Part shown: positions 42,473 to 52,876 of the stretch, one piece after another
Position numbering within the stretch: position 1 is the stretch's first letter
How the letters are laid out: the number at the start of each line of letters is the position of its first letter
Origin: an uncultured Gemmatimonadaceae bacterium
GTDB taxonomy: Bacteria > Gemmatimonadota > Gemmatimonadetes > Gemmatimonadales > Gemmatimonadaceae
NCBI GenBank assembly: GCA_963822945.1
Contig: CAWGJO010000024.1
Span: forward strand, 1 to 64,000
Direction of reading: 5' to 3'
Length of the DNA stretch: 64,000 bases
Notes under the pieces: model-generated
The model's input: the letters and a program-made list of their open reading frames with translations, nothing else
Told to the model about the DNA's origin: nothing
Database searches by the model: none
Position numbers and translations under genes: made by a program

Positions 42473-45400
42473 TCACCACGATGCGGAGGCGCCGAGGCGG
42501 AGCGTCCGCGGCGCGACGTGGCCAAGCGGGCTCGCGAACTTCGTCGGGGAGTTCCGGTCGGTGCTCGCGTCGAGGGAGGCGTTTATCCGCGTGATGACCT
42601 TGCTCCCCATCGCGTTGAACACGTCGAGCGCCACGTTCCACTTCACGCCGGCGGCTTCGAAGGGGCGCTCGAGGTGGAAGTCGAGCGTGTAGTGCCCGCC
42701 GTAGTGGTACGACCCCTCGGGCGCCAGGTTGATGCGCTGGCCCGCAAGGTAGCTCATGACGGTGAAGGGGATCGGCTGAGGACCGTCGGGGGGCGGCGGA
42801 CCGACAGACGATGTCTTGACCGGATTCCGGAGACCGTACGATATGTATTGGTACGACGGCAGAATCGTGAACGTCGGGGTGAGGCGGTCGCCATAGATGC
42901 CGTAGAACACGATTCCGAGTCGGTAGCCCTCGCCGATGTCACCGATGGAGCGGAACTTGAATTCGAGGTGGCTGGCATTGTCGAGAAGCCCATACCCGTT
43001 GATCTGCTCGTTCGGGCGCACCCATGGGCCCGGGCCCCGCCCCACCAGGCGGTCGAAGCCGGTGATCGAATTCGGATCATAGCCCGACACGGTGGAGAAG
43101 TTGCCGCGCAGCGACGTCACCGCCACCGACGCCATGGCCTCCCATCCGGGCTCGCGAAGGGTGCCGTTGAGCAGCAACTGGCGGAATCGGCGCCGAGCGC
43201 CCGGGGGGTTCGTGATCTCGTACTGCGGATTCCAGGTGGTGCCGCCCTCCAGCAGGTAGGTGGGCACCGGTAGCCCGTCCGCGACGGCCTGCGCCAGCGC
43301 GTTCTTCGGGATGTACATCTTGGGGATGACGAGGATATGCTCCCGCCCGGCGTCGTCGGTCACGAAGTCGGCAACGTACCGGCCCGGGTAGTCCATCATG
43401 ATCACGCTGTCGGCCTGTGCATAGTTGGAGGCCGCGTTCTTGTCGACGAGGGCGATGATGTCCCGGTAGTTGCGTTGCGCGTACGACACCTCGAAATGGA
43501 GTTCCGGCGTGGGGTCGGCGTGCGCGCCGATGACGAACTCGTCCACGTACGGCTGGTGGTAATCCTTCACCACCCCTTCCTGATTGAGCTGGTCGTATTC
43601 GATCCGCCGGAACTGCCCGATCGCCGCCATCGAGTCGCGTTGCGCCAGCGTGATCACCCGGGTCGGGTCCGAGAACGTCGGCCCCATGTATTCCCAGACT
43701 TCGTAGTCGGAGTACGCCCCGGCACCCGCCACGCGGTCGAACATCTGGGCGAACAGATCCTGGTGGTACCGCCCCCAATCGATCGTGAGGCCGGCGGGAT
43801 GCGCCTCCGTCCCGACGTCCACCGTCAGCCCCAGACGCGGGTCCAGGCCGGTGGCCGAGATCGCATGGATCGTGGGACCGCCGCTCACCGGGTCGATGCT
43901 TCCGTTCCACCAGCCGAAGCGCAGTCCCGGATGCACACCGACGCGCCCTACCGTGTAGTCGTCCTGCACGAACGCCGCGCCGTTGTCCACGTAGGCGTGT
44001 TCATGCGTCTCGCCGCCCCAGCTCGTCGGTGTATACGTCTGCCAGGTGGACGCGTCGCCGGGGCGGAAGGTGAGGTAGGAGCCGTCGATCGTGCTCTTGC
44101 GGGGGCGCCAGGTCATGCCTGCCGTGCGGGTCTGGTCGTCGCGCCACACGCCGAATTCTTCCTGCGCGCCGACGCGGAAGTGGTGCTGGCCGAGCAGCGT
44201 CGCGAAGTGATCCAGTCCGACGCTGTACCCCACGCTGGATGGCCGCTGGCGCACGACGAATGGGGCGTTTTGATAGCTCTCCGAAACGGCGAGCTGGTAG
44301 GTGGCCACGCCGGGAACGTTCGGTCCATTGTACGGGTCCACGTTCAGCGCTTCGGAGAAGCTCACGAACTTGGCTTCGAGAATCGAGGACGAGCCGAAGG
44401 TGTGCTGCCACGAGGCGTCGAGAATCGTCGAAGGCGAATGCACGCGCCCGGTGGCCGCCGCCGTTTCGCGCCCGGTGAGGTCGGCATGTTCCGTCGTGCT
44501 GTCCCCCCAGGCCAGTCCGAAGTTCAGGAGATCGTGATCGGACGGCGTCCAGGTGAGCTTGCCGAAGCCGCTTCCGGCGGTGGCGATTTCATGCACGGGG
44601 GAAAAGTGCTCGACGCCAAGCAGGTCGAGGGCCCGCAACTGGGTACTCACGTACTGTCCGGCGATGAAGTAGAAGAGCCGGTTGCGCACGATCGGCCCGG
44701 AAGCCTGCGCCTCGATCTCCTGATGGCCGTCGCGCTCGGGTGTGATGTCGGTGCCCATGAGGTTGGTGGCGTTCAACCCGGGGTTCTCATAGTTGGCGCT
44801 GATGGCGGCCGTGCGTGTGTTGCTGCCGCTCTTGGTCACCACGTCGATCAACCCGCCCTGAAACCCGCCCTCATCGGCGCCGACGCCGAGCCCCCGCACG
44901 TCGAGTTGCTGGATCCAGTGGACGCTGGGCAACACGATGGCGCCGCCGAGGCCAGGGTGGTTGATGGCCACGCCGTCCAGCCGGTACGCGTTCGCTTGCA
45001 CTCCCGCTCCACCCCACATCTGGTCGGGGCGTGCACCCGGCGTGAGCACCACGAGCCGGTTGAGATCGAGTCCCACCGGCAGCATGGCGATCTGCTGTGC
45101 GGTCACGCGCAGCGGCGATACTTCCGTGGCCCGCCCTGCCTCTTCGCCGGTCGTGGTGACCAGTACGGGCGCGAGACTTCGGGGGGCGGGCTCGAGCACC
45201 ACGGCAATCTGCGTGACCAGACCGGCCACGACGGTCACCCCGGTATCGGTGACCGGGCGGAAGCCGAGGCGGCGCACCGTGACCTCGTAGACGCCCGGAG
45301 GCAGCGCGGCGAGCCGGAAGACGCCGTCGCTGCCGGACGTCGCCCGACGCTGGTACGAGCCGTCGGCCCGCCGGGCGCCGACGGCCGCATCCGCCACCAA

Positions 45401-45550
45401 CTGGCCATCCGCGCCGCGGACGACGCCGGCAATGATGCCCGAGGCGGACTGTGCGGCAAGCGTGGCGACGGGCAGCGTCATCCCGACCGCTGTCGCGACG
45501 AGCCACGCTCGCCAGATCCGCCGGGCGCCGGCACCGCCCGAGGCGGCCAT
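42473..45550 (-). CDS. TonB-dependent outer membrane receptor with N-terminal carboxypeptidase-regulatory-like domain (Oar-like)
   Basis: Signal peptide, LPPGVYEVTV domain, plug motif GGLIDVVTKSGSN, SGPIVRNRLFYF, FVQDDY, DVFN...PRTLRLG and terminal aromatic W. Confidence 0.88.
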   Translation of the reverse strand: MAASGGAGARRIWRAWLVATAVGMTLPVATLAAQSASGIIAGVVRGADGQLVADAAVGARRADGSYQRRATSGSDGVFRLAALPPGVYEVTVRRLGFRPVTDTGVTVVAGLVTQIAVVLEPAPRSLAPVLVTTTGEEAGRATEVSPLRVTAQQIAMLPVGLDLNRLVVLTPGARPDQMWGGAGVQANAYRLDGVAINHPGLGGAIVLPSVHWIQQLDVRGLGVGADEGGFQGGLIDVVTKSGSNTRTAAISANYENPGLNATNLMGTDITPERDGHQEIEAQASGPIVRNRLFYFIAGQYVSTQLRALDLLGVEHFSPVHEIATAGSGFGKLTWTPSDHDLLNFGLAWGDSTTEHADLTGRETAAATGRVHSPSTILDASWQHTFGSSSILEAKFVSFSEALNVDPYNGPNVPGVATYQLAVSESYQNAPFVVRQRPSSVGYSVGLDHFATLLGQHHFRVGAQEEFGVWRDDQTRTAGMTWRPRKSTIDGSYLTFRPGDASTWQTYTPTSWGGETHEHAYVDNGAAFVQDDYTVGRVGVHPGLRFGWWNGSIDPVSGGPTIHAISATGLDPRLGLTVDVGTEAHPAGLTIDWGRYHQDLFAQMFDRVAGAGAYSDYEVWEYMGPTFSDPTRVITLAQRDSMAAIGQFRRIEYDQLNQEGVVKDYHQPYVDEFVIGAHADPTPELHFEVSYAQRNYRDIIALVDKNAASNYAQADSVIMMDYPGRYVADFVTDDAGREHILVIPKMYIPKNALAQAVADGLPVPTYLLEGGTTWNPQYEITNPPGARRRFRQLLLNGTLREPGWEAMASVAVTSLRGNFSTVSGYDPNSITGFDRLVGRGPGPWVRPNEQINGYGLLDNASHLEFKFRSIGDIGEGYRLGIVFYGIYGDRLTPTFTILPSYQYISYGLRNPVKTSSVGPPPPDGPQPIPFTVMSYLAGQRINLAPEGSYHYGGHYTLDFHLERPFEAAGVKWNVALDVFNAMGSKVITRINASLDASTDRNSPTKFASPLGHVAPRTLRLGASASW

Positions 45551-45978
45551 TACCCAGAGGCGATCACGTCGCTCTCGGCAAAGAAGAAGCGTGCTTCGCG
45601 CAGCGCATTTTCATCGCTGTCGGAGGCGTGAATGGCGTTCCGCTCCTTGGATTCCGCGTAGAGCTTCCGGACGGTTCCCGGCTCGGCCTCGGCCGGGTCC
45701 GTCGCCCCGATGGCCTTGCGGAGCGCGGCCACCGCGTCGGCCTTTTCCAGCACCATCGGCATGCACGGGCCTGACGTCATGAACGTGACCAGCGACTGAT
45801 AGAACGGCCGCTCGCGGTGGACGGCGTAGAACTCGCCGGCCTGGGCTTGGGTGAGATGCAGGACGCGTGCGGCGCGCACCACGAAGCCCTGGGCTTCGAG
45901 GTGCGCGAGGATCTTGCCGGCCTTGCCGGCTCCGAACGCGTCGGGCTTGATGATGGTCAGCGTCTGGTTGTGAGCCAT
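45550..45978 (-). CDS. ndk: Nucleoside diphosphate kinase
   Basis: TLTIIKPDA, FYAVHRERPF, GATDP and NAIHASDS. Confidence 0.97.
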   Translation of the reverse strand: MAHNQTLTIIKPDAFGAGKAGKILAHLEAQGFVVRAARVLHLTQAQAGEFYAVHRERPFYQSLVTFMTSGPCMPMVLEKADAVAALRKAIGATDPAEAEPGTVRKLYAESKERNAIHASDSDENALREARFFFAESDVIASG

Positions 45979-46010
45979 TATGTAGGTTCGATTATGTGAG
46001 TCGGCGACGG

Positions 46011-46883
46011 CTACCGCAAGCGCGCCTTGATGAGTTCGACGAAATCCACGGGACGCTTCGCCACGCCCATGCCGGCCGCCTCGAAGGCGGCGATCTTCTC
46101 CGCCGCGGTGCCCGACGAGCCCGAAATGATGGCGCCGGCGTGTCCCATGCGGCGGCCCGGGGGCGCGGTCTGGCCGGCGATGAAGCCGACCACCGGCTTC
46201 GTCATGTGCTGCTTCACGAACTCGGCCGCCTGCTGCTCGTCGGTGCCGCCGATCTCGCCCATCATCGCGACCGCCTTCGTGTTCGGATCCTTCTCGAACG
46301 CTTCGAGGCAATCGATGAAGTTGGTCCCATTGATCGGGTCCCCGCCGATGCCCACGCAGGTGGACTGGCCGAGCCCCGCCCGGGTGAGCTGATACACGAT
46401 CTCATAGGTGAGCGTGCCGGAGCGGCTGACCACGCCGACGTTCCCCGGCGTGCAGATGCGCCCGGGAATGATGCCCACCTTGGACTGGCCCGGCGTGATC
46501 AGTCCCGGGCAGTTGGCGCCGAGCAGACGGGCGCCCTTGTCCTTCACGAACGGATACACGCGCGTCATGTCGAGCACCGGCACGCCTTCCGTGATCGCGA
46601 CGATGAACTTGATGCCGGCGTCCGCGGCCTCCATGATCGCGTCGGCGGCATACATCGGCGGCACGTACACCACGCTGGTGTTGGCGCCCGTGGCCGCCAC
46701 GGCGTCGTGCATCGTGTTGAAGATCGGCACCGTGTTCTCGAACTTCTGGCCGCCCTTGCCGGGCGTCACGCCGCCCACGACCTTCGTGCTGTATTCCATC
46801 ATCTGCTTGGCGTGGAACGAGCCGTCGCGGCCCGTGATGCCCTGCACGATGACGGTGGTGGAGTTGTCGATGAAGATGCTCAT
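46011..46883 (-). CDS. sucD: Succinyl-CoA ligase alpha subunit
   Basis: [20 protein letters not shown] and RMGHAGA motifs. Confidence 0.97.
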   Translation of the reverse strand: MSIFIDNSTTVIVQGITGRDGSFHAKQMMEYSTKVVGGVTPGKGGQKFENTVPIFNTMHDAVAATGANTSVVYVPPMYAADAIMEAADAGIKFIVAITEGVPVLDMTRVYPFVKDKGARLLGANCPGLITPGQSKVGIIPGRICTPGNVGVVSRSGTLTYEIVYQLTRAGLGQSTCVGIGGDPINGTNFIDCLEAFEKDPNTKAVAMMGEIGGTDEQQAAEFVKQHMTKPVVGFIAGQTAPPGRRMGHAGAIISGSSGTAAEKIAAFEAAGMGVAKRPVDFVELIKARLR

Positions 46884-48024
46884 GCGGCCTTCCCTCCCTT
46901 GGCGAGGGCCACGGCCTGCTTCACCGCCTCGTCCATGTCGGCGGACGCGGAGAATCCGTTGTCCTTGAGAATCTTCACCGCGATCTCCTCGTTGGTGCCG
47001 GTCAGCCGGATCACGATCGGCACCGCGAGCGGATTCGCCTTGGTGGCCGTCACGATGCCGTTGGCCACGTCGTCGGTGCGGGTGATGCCGCCGAAGATGT
47101 TGAACAGGATCGCCTTCACGTTCGTATCGCCGGTGATGATGCGCAGCGCGCTCACCACCTTCTCCGGGTTCGACGATCCGCCGATGTCCAGGAAGTTGGC
47201 GGGCTCGCCGCCGTAGTACTTCACGAGGTCCATCGTGGCCATGGCCAGGCCGGCGCCGTTGACCACGCAGCCCACGTTGCCTTCGAGCTTGATGAACGTG
47301 AGGTTGGCCTTCCGCGCCTCGACCTCGCTGGGCGCCTCACCGCTGTCGTCGCGCAGGGCGGCGATGTCCGGGCGGCGATCGAGTTCGTTGTCGTCGATCA
47401 CCATCTTGGCGTCGAGCGCGACCACCTCACCCTTGGGAGTGAGCACGAGCGGGTTGATCTCCGCCAGCGAGGCGCCGCTCTTCATGAACGCGGCGTACAG
47501 CTTCTGCATGATCGAGCCGGCGGCGCGCGCCTGCTTCACGTCGTCGTAGAGGAAGAAGCCCAGCTCCATCGCCTGATAGCCCTGCAGCCCGTAGCGCGTG
47601 TCCACGCGCAGGCGCCGAATCTTGTCCGGCGTCTTGGCCGCCACCTCCTCGATGTCGATGCCGCCCGCCGGGCTCACCATGAACACCGGCGCCTTGCTCG
47701 CCCGGTCCAGGATCACACCGACGTATGCTTCGCTGGCGATGTCCTCGGCCGGCGTCACCAGCACCTTCTGCACGGTGAGCCCCTTGATCTGCATGCCGAG
47801 AATCTTGCTCGCGACAGCCTTCGCCTCGGCGGGATCCTTGGCCAGCTTCACGCCGCCGGCTTTGCCGCGCCCGCCGGCATGCACCTGGGCCTTGATGACC
47901 ACGGTGGCCCCGAACTTCTTCGCGATTGCCTCTGCCTGCTCCGGGGTCGTGGCCACCTCCCCGGGGGGATCGGCACGCCCTGGGCGCGCAGAATCTCCTT
48001 GGCCTGGTACTCGTGAATGTTCAC
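46880..48024 (-). CDS. sucC: Succinyl-CoA ligase beta subunit; 1-nt frameshift near 47960
   Basis: MNIHEYQAK start in one frame; [30 protein letters not shown] and NIFGGI in another. One missing G in a homopolymer run restores about 381 aa. Confidence 0.93.
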
Positions 48025-48026
48025 GC

Positions 48027-48977
48027 CTACTCCGCTGTGATGGTCGTTCCGGCTTCGCCGCGGACCGCATCGCGCCCGCGACTCAGCGCTGTGATGATCG
48101 CGCGACCGCCGGTGCGGCGCACGAAGTCCACTGCCGCGCGGATCTTCGGCGCCATGCTCCCCTCGCCGAAGGCTCCTGCGCGATCCATCCGCGCCGCCTC
48201 CTCCACCGACAGCCGCCGCAGCGGCCGTTTTGCGGGCGTACCCCAGTCGGCGTACACCGCATCCACGTCGGTGAGAATCAGCAGCAGCTCGGCGCCAAGG
48301 TCGCGCGCCAGCACGGCCGCCGCCAGATCCTTGTCGATCACGGCGTCGACCCCCTCCCAACCTAGCGACGGATCATCGTAAATGGGTGCCCCGCCCCCGC
48401 CGCACGCGATCACCACCGTGCCGGCCTCGAGCAGACGCCTGACCACGGACGCTTCGTGCACGGCGAGCGGCGTCGGACTGCCCACCACGCGGCGCAGCCG
48501 GCCGTTGCCGTCGGGCCGCACCGCGAACCCCTCCTGCTGCACCTGCGTGGCGCGCGCGGGCGTGAGCGCATGCCCGATGAACTTGGTCGGGACGCCGAGC
48601 GCCGGATCGTGCCGGTCCACCTGCACCTGCGTGATGACGGTGACCACGTCCCGCGGATGGCCCGCCCGACGCAGCGCGTTGTCCAGCGACTGCTGGATCA
48701 TATACCCGATCCATCCGGCCGTCTCGGCCACCAGGACGCCCAGCGGCAGCGGACTCGCATCCCGCCGGGCCAGTTCGTTCCGGACCAGCTCGTCCCCCAC
48801 CTGGGGGCCGTTGCCGTGCACGATGCAGACGTGCCACCCGGCGACGATCAGGTCGACGATCGGATCGAGGCTCTCGCGCGTATGGCGAAACTGGTCGAAG
48901 ATCGTCGACGGCTCACCCGACGGGGCCAGTGCGTTGCCCCCGAGCGCCACGATGGCGGTGCGCGGCAGGGTCGTCAC
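48027..48977 (-). CDS. arcC: Carbamate kinase
   Basis: ALGGNAL, HGNGPQVG, PTKFIG, RRVVGSP, AVIDKD and GSMAPK motifs. Confidence 0.94.
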   Translation of the reverse strand: MTTLPRTAIVALGGNALAPSGEPSTIFDQFRHTRESLDPIVDLIVAGWHVCIVHGNGPQVGDELVRNELARRDASPLPLGVLVAETAGWIGYMIQQSLDNALRRAGHPRDVVTVITQVQVDRHDPALGVPTKFIGHALTPARATQVQQEGFAVRPDGNGRLRRVVGSPTPLAVHEASVVRRLLEAGTVVIACGGGGAPIYDDPSLGWEGVDAVIDKDLAAAVLARDLGAELLLILTDVDAVYADWGTPAKRPLRRLSVEEAARMDRAGAFGEGSMAPKIRAAVDFVRRTGGRAIITALSRGRDAVRGEAGTTITAE

Positions 48978-51440
48978 GGGATGGGCTGCCCGAGCAGGTT
49001 GCCCAGCTCCTCGAACGCCTTGCCGAACCCCACCCAATCGCCCCGGCGCAGCGCGTCGCGCATCGCCTCGTACAGTTGCCGCATGGTGCGGCGGATCTCC
49101 GCCGCCGACCGGCGCCCCGACGGATTGGCCGGCAGGACCACCCCCGTCGCCTGGCGCAGGGTGGGCGCCACGTGCGTGCTGTCGTCCACCAGGTAGACCA
49201 CGTGCAGCAACTCGGGTACTGCGCCGGGCGTCCACCGGTAAATGGGCTGCAGGTAGGCCACGTGCCGGCCGAGGAAGAAGGCCCGCACGACACCGTGCAC
49301 GACACTCAGATTGGGGGCGCGGGCCGCACTGTCGGCGGCCGAGAGCCGGTCGAGCACCTTCTGCCAGATCGGACCGCGCGGCGCGGAGTCCGGAAGCCAG
49401 AGCGTCCGGTGCTGCGGCCCGCCTTCCGCCACGACCACGCCGCGAACGCGGTCCGCCTGGTCCAGCAGCGGGATCTCGAGCGCCGTGGGGCCGTTCCGCG
49501 GCAGCGCGTACCTGGGGAGCTCTCCGGCCAGCGTACTGTCGGCGCCATCGATCACGGGTGGGTGGCTCGGTCGGCCGCTGTCGGCGCGTGTCCCGTATCG
49601 GCCGAAGGCCAGGGCCATGGCCCGCGCGCCGTCGACGGCCGGTGGCAGGTCGGCGAGGATGCGCGCCGGCACGGCGGCCGGGGGCGCGAACAGGCGCGGG
49701 AACCGGCTGATCCAGGTCTGGGCGATCGGATCCAGCACCCGGTCGGCCACGAGTTGTACCTGACCGGTGGACGAGAGCACCAGCGCCGTCGCCGCGTGGT
49801 GGAAGTAGCTGCGCGGTGCTCCGGCCAGCACGAATTGCTGGCTGAGCGGGTACGAGGAGGACGCCGCGTAGAGGTCGACCGCCCAATACAGCGAGTCGCC
49901 GAACACGAGGGGCGCGACGCGGGTGCCCTGGACGAAGAAGGGGGCGATGGCCGCGATGCGCTGGCGGACCCCCCGCCTGGTTACGAGCACCGGGCGGGGC
50001 CCCGGCAGATCCCGGAGCCAGAGGCGCAGATTCTGAACGCTCAGCGCTTCGGCGAAGCGCTCCACGGGCGACACCAGCGGCACCCCCACCACCTGGCCTG
50101 CCGAGTCGGGCACCACGGCATACCCCGGAGTCGCATCGAGGATGAGCGATGGCGCGAGCAGCGCCGCGTCGTCCTCGCTTCCGGGCTCGGGAAGCCGGGC
50201 GGGCGCGCCGTCGTCGTCCGCGGCGGACGCGGCCGTCCGCACGACGATTCCCACGGGTGCGGCCTCGCCGGGATCCGGCGGCGGCTGGGGCGACGTGACC
50301 ACGCCCACGAGTCCCACGGGCCGGCTCGTCCAGCCGACCCGGGCGCCCGTGGCGAGACGCGATTCGGCCTCGACGGCGCGCGTGAGCGGGATGGCATCCC
50401 AATGCGAGACGCCAACGGCCGCTTCGGCGAGCGTCGCGTACGCGGGCACGGTGTCGCCCACGGTCATCTGGTCCACGGCGTAGGCGCGGCGGGTGTAGCC
50501 GGCCCGGGTGGCCTCGTAGGGGCGCTCGCGCAGCGTGGAATCGGGCTGGGCCGGAAAGCGCCGCGCGATGAGCGGCGCCACGTCCCGCGTGGCGATCCCG
50601 GTGACCAGGATGGCGCTCACGGCCGCTACCACGATCCGGCGCTGCCCGGTCCATCCTGCCCACACGACCACCAGGCCGGCCGCCAGCGTCACCATGGCGA
50701 GGACGAGGGCGCCGGGAACGCGCACCCGGTGATCGAGGGCGCTGAACGCCCCACCGGGGCCGGTGCCGTGCAGCAGCACCCCATACATCTCCAGCCGCAG
50801 ATGCCAGGCCAGCAGGACGACGAGTACACCGGCCAGCACCGCGAGGTGGCGCCGGATGTACTCCGAGATGTGGACCCGGCCGCGCTCGAACCGGAGTCCT
50901 GGCGTGAGGAGGTACAGGAACACGACGACCGCCGCCACGCAGAGTACGCTCGCCGTCGCCCAGGTGAAGAGCGAGGCCTCGAAGGGCAGCTGGTAGACGA
51001 AGAATCCGAGGTCGGCGTTGAAGTAGGGATCGGACTCGCCGAACGGGTGGCCGAACCGAGCCTGCAGGCAGGCCGGTCCAGTCGTGGAGCGACATCGCGA
51101 GCGCGGCGGCCACGACCACGGCCAGCGCCAGGGCCACGCCGGTGAGGGCGCGGCTCGAGACCTCCTCACCGAAGTCGAAATTCCCGATGCGGCGCGGGAG
51201 CACGAGCGACACCACCGATTGCCGGACGGCGTAGAAGTTCGCGAAGGCGAACAGCGCCATGAGCACGCCGCCCACGACGCGCAGCGTGAGCAGCGCGACG
51301 AGCCGGGCCTCCCAGAGGGAGAGCGCCCCCATGGCCTCATACCACCGGTAGCCGGCGTAGAGCTGCGACGCCTCGCGGGCCGCGAGCAGCGCGATCGCGG
51401 CCGCGAGGAGGACGACAGCGACGCCGCGCCGCGAGGTCAC
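48974..51440 (-). CDS. UPF0182 family membrane protein; frameshift near 51070
   Basis: N-terminal TM region (WYEAMG) in one frame; FGESDPYFNADLGFFVYQLPF, TRRAY, IAPF, YPLS and ALRRGDWVGFG in the other. Confidence 0.85.
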
Positions 51441-51441
51441 A

Positions 51442-52809
51442 TCACACCTGCACGCCCTGGGCGCGCAGCCACCCGTCCATCTCGCCGCGGATCTCGGCCA
51501 GCCGGGCCTCGCTCCGGGCTTCGAAACGGGTCACGATCACCGGCTGCGTGTTTGACGCGCGGATCAGTCCCCAGCCGTCGCCGAACAGCACCCGCACGCC
51601 ATCCACGTCGATCACCTCGTGCGTGGCCCGGAAATGGGCCACCGCGCGTTCGACGATGGCGAACTTCCGGTCGTCGGGACAGTCGACGCGGATCTCGGGG
51701 GTGGCGAAGTAGGCCGGCACGTCCGACAGCAGCTCGCGCACCGTCTTTCCCGAGTCGGCCACGATGCGGATCAGGCGCGCCGCGGCGTACAGCGCGTCAT
51801 CGTGCCCGTAGAATCCCTCGGTGAAGAACATGTGGCCCGACATCTCACCGGCGATCGGCGCGTGCAACTCCTTCATCTTCTCCTTGATGAGGGAGTGCCC
51901 CGTCTTCCACATCACCGGCGTGCCACCCGCGGCGCGGATCGCGTCGGGGAGCGCCTGCGAGCATTTCACGTCGAAGATCACCGACTGGCCCCGGCCGGTG
52001 CGCTCGAGGACGTCGCGCGCATACAGGATGAGCAGCCGGTCGCCCCAGATGATCGTGCCCTGATCGTCCACCACGCCGATGCGGTCGGCGTCGCCGTCGA
52101 AGGCGATGCCCAGTTCGGCCCCGTCCTGGCGCACCGCCGCCACGAGGGCCTCGAGATTGGCCGGGACGGTGGGGTCCGGATGGTGGTTGGGGAACGTGCC
52201 GTCGCTCTCGCAGAAGAGGCCCCGCCCCCGTATGCCGAGCGCCTTGAACAGTTGCGGCGCCACGAGGGCCCCTGCCCCATTGCCACAGTCGTACACCACG
52301 CGCACGGAACGGGACAGCGGGCCGATCCGCGAGACCATGTCGTCCACGTAGCGTTCGACCACGTGCTCCTCGCGCACCGTGCCGCGGCCGGTCGTCCGCG
52401 GCGGTGCCTGGGTGAGCTGGTAGAGCTTCTGAATCTCGGCGCCGTACACCGATCCCTTGCCGAGGCAGATCTTGAATCCGTTGAATTCGGGCGGATTGTG
52501 CGATCCCGTGATCTGAATGCCGCCCGACACGTCGAGGTGGTTGAGACTCCAGTACATGAGCGGGGTCGGCACCACGCCGATGTCCACGACGTTCACACCG
52601 CTCGACGTGAGGCCATCCACCAGCGCATCTCGGAGCGCGGTGCCGCTGGGGCGGTTGTCGCGACCCACCACGAGGGGGGCCGTCTGGCCGTGTTCGGCCA
52701 GGTATGCCGCGTACGCCACACCCACCGCGCGGGCAGCCTCGTCGGTGAGGTCCTTCCCCACCACGCCTCGGATGTCGTATTCGCGGAAGATACCGGGGGC
52801 AATCGTCAT
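51442..52809 (-). CDS. Phosphomannomutase/phosphoglucomutase (AlgC-like)
   Basis: FREYDIRG, TGSHNP, FDGDADR, GEMSGH and RASNTQP motifs. Confidence 0.95.
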   Translation of the reverse strand: MTIAPGIFREYDIRGVVGKDLTDEAARAVGVAYAAYLAEHGQTAPLVVGRDNRPSGTALRDALVDGLTSSGVNVVDIGVVPTPLMYWSLNHLDVSGGIQITGSHNPPEFNGFKICLGKGSVYGAEIQKLYQLTQAPPRTTGRGTVREEHVVERYVDDMVSRIGPLSRSVRVVYDCGNGAGALVAPQLFKALGIRGRGLFCESDGTFPNHHPDPTVPANLEALVAAVRQDGAELGIAFDGDADRIGVVDDQGTIIWGDRLLILYARDVLERTGRGQSVIFDVKCSQALPDAIRAAGGTPVMWKTGHSLIKEKMKELHAPIAGEMSGHMFFTEGFYGHDDALYAAARLIRIVADSGKTVRELLSDVPAYFATPEIRVDCPDDRKFAIVERAVAHFRATHEVIDVDGVRVLFGDGWGLIRASNTQPVIVTRFEARSEARLAEIRGEMDGWLRAQGVQV

Positions 52810-52820
52810 GTCGGTCCTCG

Positions 52821-52850
52821 AAAAGCGGACGGGGCCGTTCCCGGCCCCGT
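52821..52850 (-). terminator. Probable terminator after nuoN
   Basis: 9-bp stem ACGGGGCCG/CGGCCCCGT with a 4-nt loop; the minus strand continues CCGCTTTT. Confidence 0.6.
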
Positions 52851-52876
52851 TCCTTGTTCGGTGCGCCGCGCCGCGC

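Noticed and set aside
45977..45997. TTATGT copies upstream of ndk as a second dif-like site
   Set aside because: They are direct repeats with no inverted XerC arm or 11-6-11 layout; better explained as -10-like elements.
47955..47970. Programmed frameshift or phase variation in sucC
   Set aside because: A short G/C homopolymer in a core TCA gene, in an assembly with several similar indels; sequencing error is more likely.
48027..51440. 1137-aa ORF suggesting a UPF0182-carbamate kinase fusion
   Set aside because: Artefact of the frameshift near 51070. The middle is off-frame Arg/Pro/Gly-rich sequence, and arcC has its own GTG at 48977 overlapping the UPF0182 stop.
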